DNA of 40,000 nucleotides, from assembly GCA_035293665.1 (NCBI GenBank), contig DATGMK010000028.1, positions 36,341 to 76,340 of the forward strand. The letters are read 5' to 3'. Positions within the stretch are counted from its first letter, which is position 1. Each line of letters opens with the position of its first letter. The notes beneath the pieces are model-generated. The model saw only the letters and a list, made by a program, of their open reading frames with translations. It searched no databases and was not told where the DNA came from. Positions 25,008-35,918 of this stretch are shown one piece after another. Source of the DNA: Reyranella sp. (lineage in GTDB: Bacteria; Pseudomonadota; Alphaproteobacteria; Reyranellales; Reyranellaceae). The translations under genes were made by a program, and so were the position numbers.

Positions 25008-25993
25008 CGCCTTCTCCGCTGGAACAGACCGACGATACCCTGCGGCGCCAGGACCACGAAACCCACCAGCAGGAGGCCCGTGATCAGCACATTGACCGCC
25101 GAGGAGATGGTGACGCTGACATATTGCTGAAGCCCGCCGACTAGGACCGCGCCCACGACCGGGCCCAGCCAGCTGGACGTGCCGCCGATCAACGGCATGG
25201 CAATGGCGTTGACCGCGTAGTTCAGGTTGAAGCCGGACGCCGGATCGAGATACGAGACGTAATACGGCAGCGGCGCGCCGGCCATGCCCATGAAGGCGCC
25301 GGACAGCATCGTGGCGATCAGCTTCAGCCGCAGGGTGGGCACGCCCGACGCCTCGGCAGCCGCCTCGTCGTCGCGGATCGCGGCGAAGCCGTAGCCCAGC
25401 GCCGAGCGCTCGATCGCCCGCGCCGTGCCCAGCGCGGCGACGCACAGGCCGAGCATCACGATGAACAGGTACTCGACGTAGGCGCCGCCGATCAAAGGGG
25501 CGAAGCGCGGCGGCACCACGTAGGCACCGCGCGCCCCGCCGACGAAGTCCCAATTGGTGAACAAGGTCTGGACGACGACCGCCAGCGCGAGGGTGGCGAT
25601 GGAGAAGAACACGCCGCGCAGGCGCAAGGTGAGATAGCCCATTCCGAGCCCGACCAATCCCGCCATGACGCCGCCGACCAGCACCATCACGGGCAGCGGC
25701 ATCCATGGTGTGAGCTTGTGCATCACGACGCTCGAATAGGCGCCCAGCGCAAAGAAGGCGGCGATGCCGAAATTCACGTAGCCGGTATACCCGCCCAGGA
25801 TGTTCCAGGCCGTCCCGAGCACGATGTACTGCGCGACGACATATGCCGCGAAGAAGGCAAAGCTCTGGCCGATCCAGCGCGTGATGCCGAAGATCGCCAC
25901 CGCAGCGAGGATGAGCGCTCCGATGAAGGCGAGATTGCTCAGGCCGCGCAGGCCCTCGCGCTCCTCTTCCGCTTTAACGACCGAGGATACCAC
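25004..25993 (-). CDS. Branched-chain-amino-acid-type ABC permease, LivM-like
   Basis: Polytopic membrane protein. TAWNILGGYTGYVNFGIAAFFALGAY is the LivM signature. Its stop overlaps the LivG-like start (ATGA). Confidence 0.85.
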   Translation of the reverse strand: MVSSVVKAEEEREGLRGLSNLAFIGALILAAVAIFGITRWIGQSFAFFAAYVVAQYIVLGTAWNILGGYTGYVNFGIAAFFALGAYSSVVMHKLTPWMPLPVMVLVGGVMAGLVGLGMGYLTLRLRGVFFSIATLALAVVVQTLFTNWDFVGGARGAYVVPPRFAPLIGGAYVEYLFIVMLGLCVAALGTARAIERSALGYGFAAIRDDEAAAEASGVPTLRLKLIATMLSGAFMGMAGAPLPYYVSYLDPASGFNLNYAVNAIAMPLIGGTSSWLGPVVGAVLVGGLQQYVSVTISSAVNVLITGLLLVGFVVLAPQGIVGLFQRRRR

Positions 25994-26849
25994 TGGGCCT
26001 CACTGCGAGGGTGATGAGCAGCACGCCGAACGACACCGCCGGCGCCCAGGACGGCCCGAAGAAGGTCGCCGTGATGTTCTCGACGACGCCCAGGGTCACC
26101 GCCGCGATCACCATGCCGGGGAAGCTGCCGAGCCCGCCCAGCACGCAGATCGCGAAGATGCGGCCGATATATTCGCGGCCGAGCGACGGCTCGACCGGCT
26201 GGATGATGATCAGCGCCGCGCCGCCCAGCGCCGCCGTGGCGAAGCTGAGGCCGAAGGCGATGCGCTTGATCTTGGCCGGATTGGCGGCCATGAGCCGGAG
26301 CGCCTGCTGGTCCTGCGCCACCGCCTGGATGGCGCGGCCGATGAAGGTGCGCGACAGGAAGAGCTGCAGGCCCGCCACCATCGCCAGCCCGAGCAGGAAC
26401 GGCACCAGCAGGCGCCAGGGCAGCTCGATGAGGCCGAGATTGAGGTTCCCGGTCGTGTACCAGGCCTGCACCGACCGGTAGTCGACGCCGAAGGCGAGGA
26501 TCAGCCCGACCTCGGCGATGAACAGGATGCCGAAGAAGAACGACAGGCCGCGCAGCGACTGGTCGTCCCGTCGCTCGAAGGCGACGTAGTAGACCTGGTA
26601 GGCGAGCAGGCCCAGTACATAAAAGGCCGGCAGCGTGATCACGGTCGCGAGGATCGGGTCGATCCCGAACACGGTGTTGCCGATGAACGCGGCGTACGAG
26701 CCCAGCAGGATGAACGCCGGATGGGCGATGTTCACGATGTCCAGCATGCCGAAGGAAATCGCCACGCCGATCGAGACCGTCGCATAGAAGCCGCCGATCA
26801 GCAGCCCGGAGACCACGGCGTTGATCAGCAGACCGGCGTCGGCATCCAT
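25974..26849 (-). CDS. Branched-chain-amino-acid-type ABC permease, LivH-like
   Basis: ATG at 26849 (MDADAGLLINAVVSGLLIGGFYATVSIGVAISFGMLDIVNIAHPAF). Overlaps the LivM-like start by 20 nt. Confidence 0.85.
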   Translation of the reverse strand: MDADAGLLINAVVSGLLIGGFYATVSIGVAISFGMLDIVNIAHPAFILLGSYAAFIGNTVFGIDPILATVITLPAFYVLGLLAYQVYYVAFERRDDQSLRGLSFFFGILFIAEVGLILAFGVDYRSVQAWYTTGNLNLGLIELPWRLLVPFLLGLAMVAGLQLFLSRTFIGRAIQAVAQDQQALRLMAANPAKIKRIAFGLSFATAALGGAALIIIQPVEPSLGREYIGRIFAICVLGGLGSFPGMVIAAVTLGVVENITATFFGPSWAPAVSFGVLLITLAVRPSGILGR

Positions 26850-26954
26850 GGCATCGTCTTCCTCCCGCACGCGCGCGGCGATTATCGGTTCGCCGTCGCC
26901 CGTCAGTCTGCCGGGAGGAAACGGGGTTGCCTAGTCTTTTCTAGAGAGCCCTTT

Positions 26955-29323
<2,369 letters not shown>

Positions 29324-29327
<4 letters not shown>

Positions 29328-29746
29328 TGGGCCCCCTTCCTGCCGACCTTCGGCAGCTTGACGATCAGGCAGCCGTCCGCGACGCCGCTGATCGGCTGTT
29401 CATAGGTGCCGGCGGGCAGCCGGATCTGCCGCTCGAAGCGGCCCTGTGGCAGCTCGATGCGATGGATGACAGCGGTGCGCAGCTCGCGCGGCAAAACACG
29501 CTCGCCCCCGATCAGCAGGATGCCGTCACGGATGACAAGCTGCACCCGCTGCGGGTCCACGCCCGGCAGGGCCACCAGGACGAGGACGGCATCTTCGGTC
29601 TCGAGCACGTCGACCGGAGGCTCCCAGGACGGGGCCGCACTGCGGCTTGGCCCGGGAACCGTAAAAACTTCGCGGTGCAGCCGTTCGGCGCGTGCCAGCA
29701 TCTGCAGCGCCTCGGACCACATCCAGTTACGGGGATCTCCACTCAT
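29324..29746 (-). CDS. Hsp20/alpha-crystallin-family small heat-shock protein
   Basis: Alpha-crystallin domain PPVDVLETEDAVLVLVALPGVDPQRVQLVIRDGILLIGGER...RIELPQGRFERQIRLP...DGCLIVKLPK. No SD before ATG 29746. Confidence 0.85.
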
Positions 29747-29754
29747 GGCGCCCT

Positions 29755-29781
29755 ATATGGGGTGTGGGTTTAGTTTTGCAC
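29755..29781 (-). promoter_or_regulatory. Candidate sigma32 (RpoH)-type promoter for hsp20-lon
   Basis: The minus strand reads GTGCAAAA-N11-CCCCATAT-agggcgcc-ATG. CCCCATAT matches the E. coli-type sigma32 -10 (CCCCATNT). The -35-like element is poor compared with CTTGAAA. Confidence 0.25.
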
Positions 29782-29815
29782 GCGCCAGTCAGCCGGATGG
29801 TCAGTTACCGATCAG

Positions 29816-31102
29816 TTAGTTGCCGATGAGGGCCTGGTAGACGAGGTCGCGCATCAGATAGCGATAGGGCAGCCGCGCCGTCTGCGACTGCATCATGAAG
29901 ACCACGTACATGTGCTCCCGCGGATCGTGCCAGAAATAGGTGCCCCAGGCACCGCCCCAATAGTAATCGTTGGGCGAGCCGGGCAACGGATTGCGGCCCT
30001 GCTCGTTGCGCACCGCGAAGCCCAGGCCGAAGCCCTGGCCCATGCGGGCGCTGGGCTCCAGCGCCTCGAAGCGCCACATGTCGTCGCCCATCTTGATGTC
30101 GGGCGGCAGCTGGTCGGCAGTCATCAGGTCGATGGTCTTGCGCGATATGATCCGCGCGCCATCGAGCTGGCCGCCGTTGGCGAACATCTGCAGGAAGCGG
30201 GCGTAGTCGGCCGCGGTCGAGACCATGCCGCCGCCGCCCGACTTCCACGTCGTCTTCAGCGTGACGTCCGGAATGTTGGGCGCGACATTGTTCGGGCCTT
30301 CCTTCTGCGGATGGGCGCCGCGGTCCTTCTTGTCCGGCGAGACCTCGAAGCCGGTATCGCCGAGCCGGAGCGGCTTGGTGATGCGCTCCTCGATGAACTT
30401 GTCGAGCGGCATCCCCGAGGCGACCTCGATGACGCGGCCCAGCACGTCGGTCGACATCGAATATTCCCAGTGCGTGCCCGGCTGGTAGAGCAGCGCCAGC
30501 TTGGAGAGCTTCTCGGCCATCTGCGCGTTGGTCTGGTTGGCGTCCATCACCTTCATGTCGATGTAGGACTGCTTGACCGGATTGCTGCCGGCGAGGCCGT
30601 AGGTCAGGCCCGAGGTGTGGCGCATCAGGTCCTGGACCGTCATCGGCCGGAACTGCGGCTCGAGCCCGAGCTCGACCGTGCCGTCGGGGCTCTTCTTCCG
30701 GGTCGAGACCTTGGTGTCGGCGAAGGCGGGAATGTACTTGGAGACCGGGTCGGCCAGGGTGAGCTTGCCTTCCTCGACCAGGATCATCGCCGCGACCGAG
30801 GTGAACGGCTTGGTCATCGAGGCGATGCGGAAGATCGTGTCGGTCTTCATCGGCGCCTTGTTTTCCCTGTCGCGGTAGCCGAAGGCATCGAACATCGCGA
30901 TCTTGCCGTTGCGGGCGATCAGCACGACCGCCCCGGGCAGCTCGTTGTTCTTGACGCCTTCCTCGATGCGATCGCTGAGCCGCTTCAGGCGCGTGGCCAC
31001 GAAGCCGACCTCCTCGGGCGACTGCGCCTTGGGAATGCCCTGCGCCGCCGCGGGCAGCGCAATGCCCAGCGCCAACAGGGCAGCAATCGTCCGGACCAGC
31101 AT
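29816..31102 (-). CDS. Secreted serine hydrolase (beta-lactamase / class C, esterase EstB-like family)
   Basis: ATG at 31102 with a GGGAGGAG SD. Signal peptide MLVRTIAALLALGIALPAAAQG. SxxK motif in FRIASMTKPFTSVAAM. Confidence 0.85.
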   Translation of the reverse strand: MLVRTIAALLALGIALPAAAQGIPKAQSPEEVGFVATRLKRLSDRIEEGVKNNELPGAVVLIARNGKIAMFDAFGYRDRENKAPMKTDTIFRIASMTKPFTSVAAMILVEEGKLTLADPVSKYIPAFADTKVSTRKKSPDGTVELGLEPQFRPMTVQDLMRHTSGLTYGLAGSNPVKQSYIDMKVMDANQTNAQMAEKLSKLALLYQPGTHWEYSMSTDVLGRVIEVASGMPLDKFIEERITKPLRLGDTGFEVSPDKKDRGAHPQKEGPNNVAPNIPDVTLKTTWKSGGGGMVSTAADYARFLQMFANGGQLDGARIISRKTIDLMTADQLPPDIKMGDDMWRFEALEPSARMGQGFGLGFAVRNEQGRNPLPGSPNDYYWGGAWGTYFWHDPREHMYVVFMMQSQTARLPYRYLMRDLVYQALIGN

Positions 31103-31274
31103 GTATCTCCTCCCAAACTCGATGGCCGGCATCAAAGCACGGCGGGCTGGCCTGAGTCGCATTTGCGCATCGTCGCGCCGCAAAATTTGGCACGATTTTT
31201 CGAAGCGATCTCGACGTCCAGGGGGTAGCGGAAACCTCGCAAACTGCGCAAACCCACCCGCAGCCACGGCTGAG

Positions 31275-31297
31275 TACCGGAAATACCGGAAATACCG
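31275..31297. repeat. Short tandem repeat TACCGGAAA x2.5
   Basis: TACCGGAAATACCGGAAATACCG, read directly. It lies in the 363-nt non-coding spacer 31103-31465. Confidence 0.6.
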
Positions 31298-31465
31298 CTA
31301 ATTCGCTGGGCGGCGGGCATCGTCATCGACGCCACCATGCACGATCGCGGCGCTCAACACCTAATATGGACAATGGCCTCGACAATTCTCCAAGGAACCG
31401 GCGCGAGAATCCGGGTCCAATGCCCATCGTGAGACGTGCGCCGAGCCCTTATCCACAGGACTCAT

Positions 31466-32215
31466 TTAGCGGCGCCTCATCAGATAGGTGTCCATGATCC
31501 AGCCGTGGCGCTCGCGCGCCGCGCTGCGAACCCGGTGGATCTCGTCGGAAACATCCTTCAGGTCGCCCGCAATGAGGATCTCGTTCTCGGTTCCGAGATA
31601 GGCGCCCCAGTAGATGTCGATGTCCTGGTCGGCGAAGCGACGGTAAGCCTCGACGCCGTCGAGCATCACCACGACGCTGTCGACGCCGGCGGGCCAGCCT
31701 TCCGACAAGCGCCGGCCAGTGGTGATCTCGACCGGCTGCCCGACGGTATTGAGCGTGATCCGGTGGCGCGCGGCCAACGCCTGTACCGCGCTGATGCCGG
31801 GAATGACCTCGTATTCCAGTCCCTGACGCGCGGCGATCGCCTCGATGTTGCGGATCGTGCTGTCGTAGATCGACGGATCGCCCCACGCCAGGACCGCCCC
31901 CACCTGCCCGTCCGCCAGATTGTCGGCGATCATCTTCTCGAACCGCTCCTGCTTGGCGCGGTTGAGGTCGTCGACGCAGGCGGTGTAGTCGGCCGGCCTC
32001 GTATCGCGGGGCGGGCTCGGCTCCTCGACGACGCGATAGGCCTTGTCCGTGCAGTAGCGCCGGCAGATCTCGCGCCGCAGCTCGACCATGGCGTCCTTGG
32101 GGCTGCCCTTCTCCAGCATGAAGAACACGTCGGCCGAGTTGAGTGCCTTGGCAGCCTGCCGAGTGACGAAATCGGGATCGCCGGCACCGATGCCGATGAT
32201 GAGGACCTTCTTCAT
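31466..32215 (-). CDS. cobF: Precorrin-6A synthase (deacetylating)
   Basis: ATG at 32215. MKKVLIIGIGAGDPD...WGDPSIYDSTIR...VIPGISAVQALAA is the tetrapyrrole methylase fold, and the overall layout matches CobF. Only 7 nt separate it from the upstream stop, with no SD. Confidence 0.8.
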   Translation of the reverse strand: MKKVLIIGIGAGDPDFVTRQAAKALNSADVFFMLEKGSPKDAMVELRREICRRYCTDKAYRVVEEPSPPRDTRPADYTACVDDLNRAKQERFEKMIADNLADGQVGAVLAWGDPSIYDSTIRNIEAIAARQGLEYEVIPGISAVQALAARHRITLNTVGQPVEITTGRRLSEGWPAGVDSVVVMLDGVEAYRRFADQDIDIYWGAYLGTENEILIAGDLKDVSDEIHRVRSAARERHGWIMDTYLMRRR

Positions 32216-32222
32216 GGGGCGG

Positions 32223-33260
32223 TTAAAGCAAAACCCGCTCGACAAGCCAAACGCCGCCCATGATCGCAACCAGCACCGAGAGAATTTGCGGCAGCCGCGC
32301 GAGTCGGCGCGGCCGGGCCAGCCACATCAGCGGCGGCATGACGATCGCGACGAAGGCAAGCTGGCCCAGCTCCACGCCGACATTGAAGCCGATCAGCGCC
32401 CGCACCATCGCCGCACGCGGCAGGCCGAGCTCGGTCAGGCCCGAGGCGAAGCCCAATCCGTGGATCAATCCGAACACGGCCGCGATCAGCCAGCGCCAGC
32501 GCGATTGTGCCGGCGCCAGCAGGTTCTCGAGCGCGACCCAGATGATGGTCGCGGCGATCAATGGCTCGACGATCGAGGCCGGTATGTCGACGACGCCCAG
32601 CGCGGCCAGGCTGAGCGTGATGCTGTGGGCGATCGTGAAGCCGGTGACGATGCGCACGATCGGCCAGAAGCCTTTCGCCAGCGCCAGCAGCGCCAGCAGG
32701 AACAAGAGATGATCGGGGCCGCTCAGGATGTGCCCGGCACCCATGGCGATGAAGTCGAGCCAGCCGGTCTTGGCGGTGCCGGGATCGATCGTCGCCTCAC
32801 GGCGCTCTGCATTGAACACCAGCTCGACGGAGGGCCGCTCCGGCATGCGCACGCTCATCAGGGTCTGGAAGTGGCTGCCCAGCACATCGCTCCAGTCGTC
32901 ACGGATGCGCAGGGGACCGCCAGACCTGGCGCACGACAATGCCATCTCCAGCATCATCTTGCCGTCGCCGGTCCGCGAGCCCTGAAAGCGGATGCGGCCG
33001 GGCGTGCAGGCCTCGCCCTCCCGGTCGAAGCGCGCTGCCTGGCTCATCGCCGCCGCCACGCGCTCGGCCGCCATCGTGTCGCCACTGGCCGCGCCATCGA
33101 GCAGCCGGACGTTCTCCTCCTCCTGCTCGGCCGTGACCAGCGTCAGCCGGTAAGTGAGCCGGCTACCGTCGACCTCGAGCGTCGCCAGTCCCGTGCTGGT
33201 CACGTGGGCGCTCGCGGGAATTGCCAGCAGGACCAAGAGCGCCGTAAGCAAACGCTTCAT
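32223..33260 (-). CDS. HupE/UreJ-family metal permease with an extra N-terminal domain of about 145 aa
   Basis: ATG at 33260 overlaps the upstream stop (ATGA). Signal peptide MKRLLTALLVLLAIPASA followed by HV. The C-terminal 180 aa form a polytopic core with GAGHILSGPDHLLFLLALL (HupE-like H..G.DH motif) and FTIAHSITL. Confidence 0.8.
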   Translation of the reverse strand: MKRLLTALLVLLAIPASAHVTSTGLATLEVDGSRLTYRLTLVTAEQEEENVRLLDGAASGDTMAAERVAAAMSQAARFDREGEACTPGRIRFQGSRTGDGKMMLEMALSCARSGGPLRIRDDWSDVLGSHFQTLMSVRMPERPSVELVFNAERREATIDPGTAKTGWLDFIAMGAGHILSGPDHLLFLLALLALAKGFWPIVRIVTGFTIAHSITLSLAALGVVDIPASIVEPLIAATIIWVALENLLAPAQSRWRWLIAAVFGLIHGLGFASGLTELGLPRAAMVRALIGFNVGVELGQLAFVAIVMPPLMWLARPRRLARLPQILSVLVAIMGGVWLVERVLL

Positions 33261-33763
33261 CGCACCTGCTCCCACGCCTCGGCGAGGTAGGTCGGCAGCA
33301 AGACGACGCCCGCTTCGCCGTCGACCTTGGCGTAGCGCGCCGCGCCGAGCGGATTGGTGCCGCCAAACTGGATGACGAAGGCCGCGCCGCTCGCCGGCCG
33401 AACGGTGACGCGCAAACTGTCGGCGCCGAGCGCGTATTCCGACGGCGGCACGCGCGCCACCTCCTCGGCCGCCAGCACGCGCATAGGCGCGGCGTTGCGC
33501 AGCAGGCGCAGGCCGGCTTCGAGGCGCTCCGCCGTCTCGACCGGCGCCTCCCAACGCTCGCCATTGCGGACGAAGCGCCTGCGATCGGCGCCTCGCCTGA
33601 TCTCGATCTCACGGACCTGCTCCGGCGCGAAAGCCATCAGCCCGCCCGGCTTGAACTCGACCGCGATGTCGGGCCGGCCGCCCTGCAGCGCGAGCCCCAC
33701 CAGGAACGCGAAAGCCAGCGCCGCCGCGGCCGGCCATGCCCAGCGAGTCAGCGCCGGCGCCAT
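33257..33763 (-). CDS. Small membrane-anchored protein, DUF4340-like (tentative)
   Basis: ATG at 33763 overlaps the upstream gene by 16 nt. One N-terminal TM (WAWPAAAALAFAFLVGLAL), then a soluble domain. The family call rests mainly on its usual position after GldG-like genes. Confidence 0.55.
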   Translation of the reverse strand: MAPALTRWAWPAAAALAFAFLVGLALQGGRPDIAVEFKPGGLMAFAPEQVREIEIRRGADRRRFVRNGERWEAPVETAERLEAGLRLLRNAAPMRVLAAEEVARVPPSEYALGADSLRVTVRPASGAAFVIQFGGTNPLGAARYAKVDGEAGVVLLPTYLAEAWEQVR

Positions 33764-35220
33764 AGCCACACGCCCAGACCGGCGGACGCCACCGCACCCG
33801 GCAGCAGGATCACCGTCAGGATGAAGATCCAGCGCACCTGCGCGCTGGTCAGCGTCACCATCGGCAGCACCTCGACCGGCGGCTTGAGGTTCGGCAGCCG
33901 CTCCTCGCGCAGCAGCCACGACACGCCGGCCAGCACGATGTCGGCGTTGGCGAGGTAGGGGAAGAAGGAGTTGCTGGCAAAGTCGGCATCGCCGACCACG
34001 ATCATGCGGAACGGCCGCGCGTCGGCTGCCAGCTTGCCCTCGGCCGCGACCGCCAGCGGATACGGGCGGCGCTGCGCGCTTTCCGCCTCCTCGCGGTAGC
34101 GGGCGCGATCCTGCACGACGTAGCTCTGCGGGCTGCTCGCGAACAGGGCGACGGCACGGACGCCCTCGTGGGCGGCAGGCTCGACCGGGCGCGCGCCCGG
34201 ATAGAAGGACAGCGCCTGCGAGCGCGTCACCGGATGGCTGGCGTATTTCGTGATCGCGATCATCTGCTCGTCGGTGAAATAGTGGTCGACCGGATCGACG
34301 ATCACGCCGTTGCCGACCCGTGCGCCGGCATCGGCGATCACCGCCGCGAGCCGTTCCTCGATCGCGAAGTCGGGCTCGATCAGCAGCATGTAGCTGCCCC
34401 CGTCCAAGAGGTACGTTCGCAGCAGATCGGCCTCCACGGGCAGGTGGGGCGTGCGCGGATTGGCATCGACCAGCGCCGCGCAATCCTGCGGCAACGGCCG
34501 CCCAGGCCGCAGCTCGACCTTGCGCGGTTCCAGGCCGAGCTTCTCGAGCGCGCGCCGCATCCGGCCGAGGCCGTGCTGCTCCATCTGCACCAGCCCCATG
34601 CCCTCGCTGTTGTGGCTATGGCTGTGGCTGCCCTCGAAGTGGGTGTGGAACTCGAAGTTGTCGATGTCGTACTCGCCGTGGCCGGTGATGAAGCACACGA
34701 CCGGCTGCTGGCGCCGCAGCGCGCGCAGGATGCCGAGCGCGACCTCGCGGTCATCGGTCGTCAGGACCTGCAGGCGGTGGCTCGACGTGACGATCACCGC
34801 CGTGTTGTAGAGCTGCACGCCGAACGAGGAGGCGCGCGCGGGATTGCGGTCGATGTCGACCGCCTCGACCGCCAGCCGCGGATTGAGACGCGCGAGCAGC
34901 TCCAGCATCGTCGCCAGCCCCCGGCCCGCGGCGTTCTCCTTCTGGAAGAAGTAGACGACCTGCACGGGCTCCGTGAGGCCGCGCACGATGTCGCTCGCTT
35001 CGCGCGACGGAGTGAACGCCTCCTCCCGGGTGAAGTCGAGATGGGCATCATGGCGATAGACGGCGACATTGGCCGCGAGCGTCGCCGCCAGCGCGCCGCC
35101 GACCACGCCCAGCCGCAGAGCCCAGCGCCGCCAGCCCGCGCCATAGACCCGGATACGCAGTCCCGCGGCGAACAGCACCAACAACGCGGCCAGGCAGGCG
35201 AGCGACCAGAGCGCGCTCAT
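33748..35220 (-). CDS. GldG-like ABC-transporter auxiliary protein (ABC-type uncharacterised transport system)
   Basis: ATG at 35220 overlaps the permease stop (ATGA). N- and C-terminal TM anchors. LDFTREEAFT...VVYFF...RLAVEAVDIDRNP...NTAVIV...FITGHGE...RMIVVGDADFASN matches the GldG/ABC_transp_aux pattern. A His-rich insert, FHTHFEGSHSHSHNSEG, follows the GHGE motif. Confidence 0.8.
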   Translation of the reverse strand: MSALWSLACLAALLVLFAAGLRIRVYGAGWRRWALRLGVVGGALAATLAANVAVYRHDAHLDFTREEAFTPSREASDIVRGLTEPVQVVYFFQKENAAGRGLATMLELLARLNPRLAVEAVDIDRNPARASSFGVQLYNTAVIVTSSHRLQVLTTDDREVALGILRALRRQQPVVCFITGHGEYDIDNFEFHTHFEGSHSHSHNSEGMGLVQMEQHGLGRMRRALEKLGLEPRKVELRPGRPLPQDCAALVDANPRTPHLPVEADLLRTYLLDGGSYMLLIEPDFAIEERLAAVIADAGARVGNGVIVDPVDHYFTDEQMIAITKYASHPVTRSQALSFYPGARPVEPAAHEGVRAVALFASSPQSYVVQDRARYREEAESAQRRPYPLAVAAEGKLAADARPFRMIVVGDADFASNSFFPYLANADIVLAGVSWLLREERLPNLKPPVEVLPMVTLTSAQVRWIFILTVILLPGAVASAGLGVWLWRRR

Positions 35221-35918
35221 CTTTCGGCCAGCCGGCGCGTGGTCAGGAACAGCGCCAGCAGGGCGCCGCTCACGAAGTAGCCGATGTCGGAGACGAACAC
35301 CGAGCCCGTCACCATCGGCCGGAAGTGCCCGATCAGCGACAGGTTCAGCACCACGCTGTCGATCGGCGACGGCAGCAGGTAGGCGACGGAATCGGCGAAC
35401 CACAGCATCAGGCTCGCCCCGAGCGTCAGCGCCGCCGCCACGACCTGGTTCTCGGTCAGGCTCGACATCAGGAGGCCGATCGCGACGATCAGCGCGGCAT
35501 GGCAGACCAGGGCAAGATAGCCGCTTCCGATCGGTCCCCAGTCAGGCGAGCCATAGGCTTCGAGCAGGCCGGCATAGACGAAGGCGCCGCAATACATCGC
35601 CAGCACCAGCCCGTAGACCGCGAAGAACTTCGCCAGCACGATCCAGATCTCGCCGACCGGCGCGGTCAGCAGCAGCTCCAGTGTGTCGTTGCGCCGCTCC
35701 TCGGCGAAGGCGCGCATGGTAAGCGCCGGCACCAGCAGGATGGTGAGCACGTACATCTGGTGGAAGATGTAGATCAGGTTGGCGACCTTGGTCGCGAACA
35801 GGGTCAGGCTGAAGGTGTAGCCCAGCACCAGCAGGAACACCGCGGCCACGGTGTAGCCGATCGGCGAGCCGAAGGTCGCCAGCAGCTCCTTGCGCAACAG
35901 AATGCCCAGCGACCTCAT
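35217..35918 (-). CDS. ABC-2-type permease (GldF/NosY-like)
   Basis: The ATG (MRSLGILLRKELLATFGSPIGY) overlaps the ATPase stop (ATGA). AFAEERRNDTLELLLTAPV is the conserved ABC-2 loop. Six predicted TM segments. Coordinates follow the ORF track; my hand indexing of line 35881 differs by 1 nt. Confidence 0.8.
   Translation of the reverse strand: MRSLGILLRKELLATFGSPIGYTVAAVFLLVLGYTFSLTLFATKVANLIYIFHQMYVLTILLVPALTMRAFAEERRNDTLELLLTAPVGEIWIVLAKFFAVYGLVLAMYCGAFVYAGLLEAYGSPDWGPIGSGYLALVCHAALIVAIGLLMSSLTENQVVAAALTLGASLMLWFADSVAYLLPSPIDSVVLNLSLIGHFRPMVTGSVFVSDIGYFVSGALLALFLTTRRLAER

Noticed and set aside
29747-29815. A ROSE-type RNA thermometer upstream of hsp20, as is common for alphaproteobacterial sHSP genes.
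   Set aside because: The spacer is only 69 nt, contains no SD to sequester, and has none of the multi-hairpin ROSE layout.
31188-31202. A sigma54-like promoter motif TGGCAC-GATTT-TTCG on the plus strand.
   Set aside because: The -24 element fits, but the invariant -12 GC is replaced by CG (TTCG instead of TTGC). There is no plus-strand gene downstream; it would only drive antisense transcription into cobF.
31132-31338. A 68-aa ORF in the long spacer.
   Set aside because: It has no RBS and an odd composition, and it spans the tandem 9-mer repeat, which produces ISGISGISG. It is most likely non-coding.
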